DNA from: Iphione sp. A-MEVVRFRX5
Lineage: Eukaryota
Assembly (NCBI GenBank): GCA_976226885.1
Contig: OZ320316.1
Coordinates: 88,226,001-88,290,000 of the forward strand
Direction of reading: 5' to 3'
DNA: 64,000 nucleotides
Shown piece by piece: positions 63,328 through 64,000 of this stretch. The notes below the pieces were generated by a model that did not search any database, was not told where the DNA came from, and saw nothing but the letters and a program-made list of their open reading frames with translations. The position numbers were made by a program, and so were the translations under genes. Positions within the stretch are counted from its first letter, which is position 1. The number at the start of each line of letters is the position of its first letter.

Positions 63328-64000
63328 TATACTGCCGATATCATGGTCACCTCGCAGGTCATGAGTGGAGAAATTATCATATCCAGCGAATGGATAATGA
63401 TTGTAGCGACATCATGTTTACACGAAACATAATTAACTACTTACAAGAGTGCACCTTTCCACCTAACACATTCCAAGAAAGCCCTTAAAACGACTAGAGT
63501 AGAGCCGAACGTTTCGTTCTTCTTTTCTAGTGCTATAACAAGTCATATCCTAAACTTTTCATTGAACGTACACAGACCTTTACCGCTCCTCTAATAATTC
63601 ATGGAATACATCATAGACGGAGAAGCAAAAAGTATGTGAAAGTGAAGGCACTAGTGAGCTTCAACCACCCTCCGGGAGTGGGTTAGGTCCGAATATTGCC
63701 ATGCATCCTCTTGGCCTACTTGTTTGTCAGACGTACATCACAGCCTGTGATGTCACATAAATGAAGCAAATGCACACATGTTTGTGCTTTATTCTCCCAG
63801 ACGCCGATTGCGCCAGGACTGGCAGCCAGTGAGATAAACTTAGTATGACCCATATCATTGGCGTAAGTCAAGTGTGACACGATAGGGTGCGAGAATACAA
63901 CCGACTCGGATCAGACGTCTCAACACCCTCTGTACAGACACCCCTAGGTAACCTGAGGATCCTTCCTCTAGTACTCGACAATGTTCGGCTCCCTTTGATC

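Noticed and set aside
1-64000. Homeobox, tRNA, snRNA, rRNA, histone stem-loop or CRISPR-like array
   Set aside because: No WFQNRR-type coding sequence, no paired A/B boxes with a cloverleaf, no recognisable structural-RNA sequence, and no regularly spaced repeat-spacer array were found by eye.

Overview
This is eukaryotic, almost entirely non-coding DNA. There is no long ORF (longest 210 aa) and no ORF that I can assign to a known cellular protein family. I found no rRNA, tRNA or CRISPR array. GC content looks to be in the low-to-mid 40s by eye. The octamer TACATGTA is strongly over-represented and CpG density is patchy. This resembles an invertebrate deuterostome such as amphioxus (Branchiostoma), which is an inference and not a database result. 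The window reads like a large intronic or regulatory landscape. Best-supported items: (1) a decayed Penelope-like retroelement at about 43.1-44.6 kb with a 224-bp partial direct duplication; (2) several local tandem repeats, a MITE-like relic and one Tc1/pogo-type terminus; (3) motifs unlikely by chance: two perfect RFX X-boxes (30533, 37906) plus a near-perfect one (47992), a head-to-head pair of CTCF-like motifs (48077-48116) and, less strongly, a perfect DR5 retinoic-acid response element (40648). More speculatively, splice signals define a set of short plus-strand exons and micro-exons (7.5-61.5 kb) that join into one stop-free frame, and a separate TATA-driven three-exon minus-strand model (5.35-2.9 kb, 167 aa). 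Neither gene model has recognisable homology, and both need RNA-seq. I found no evidence for a clearly novel multi-gene system.
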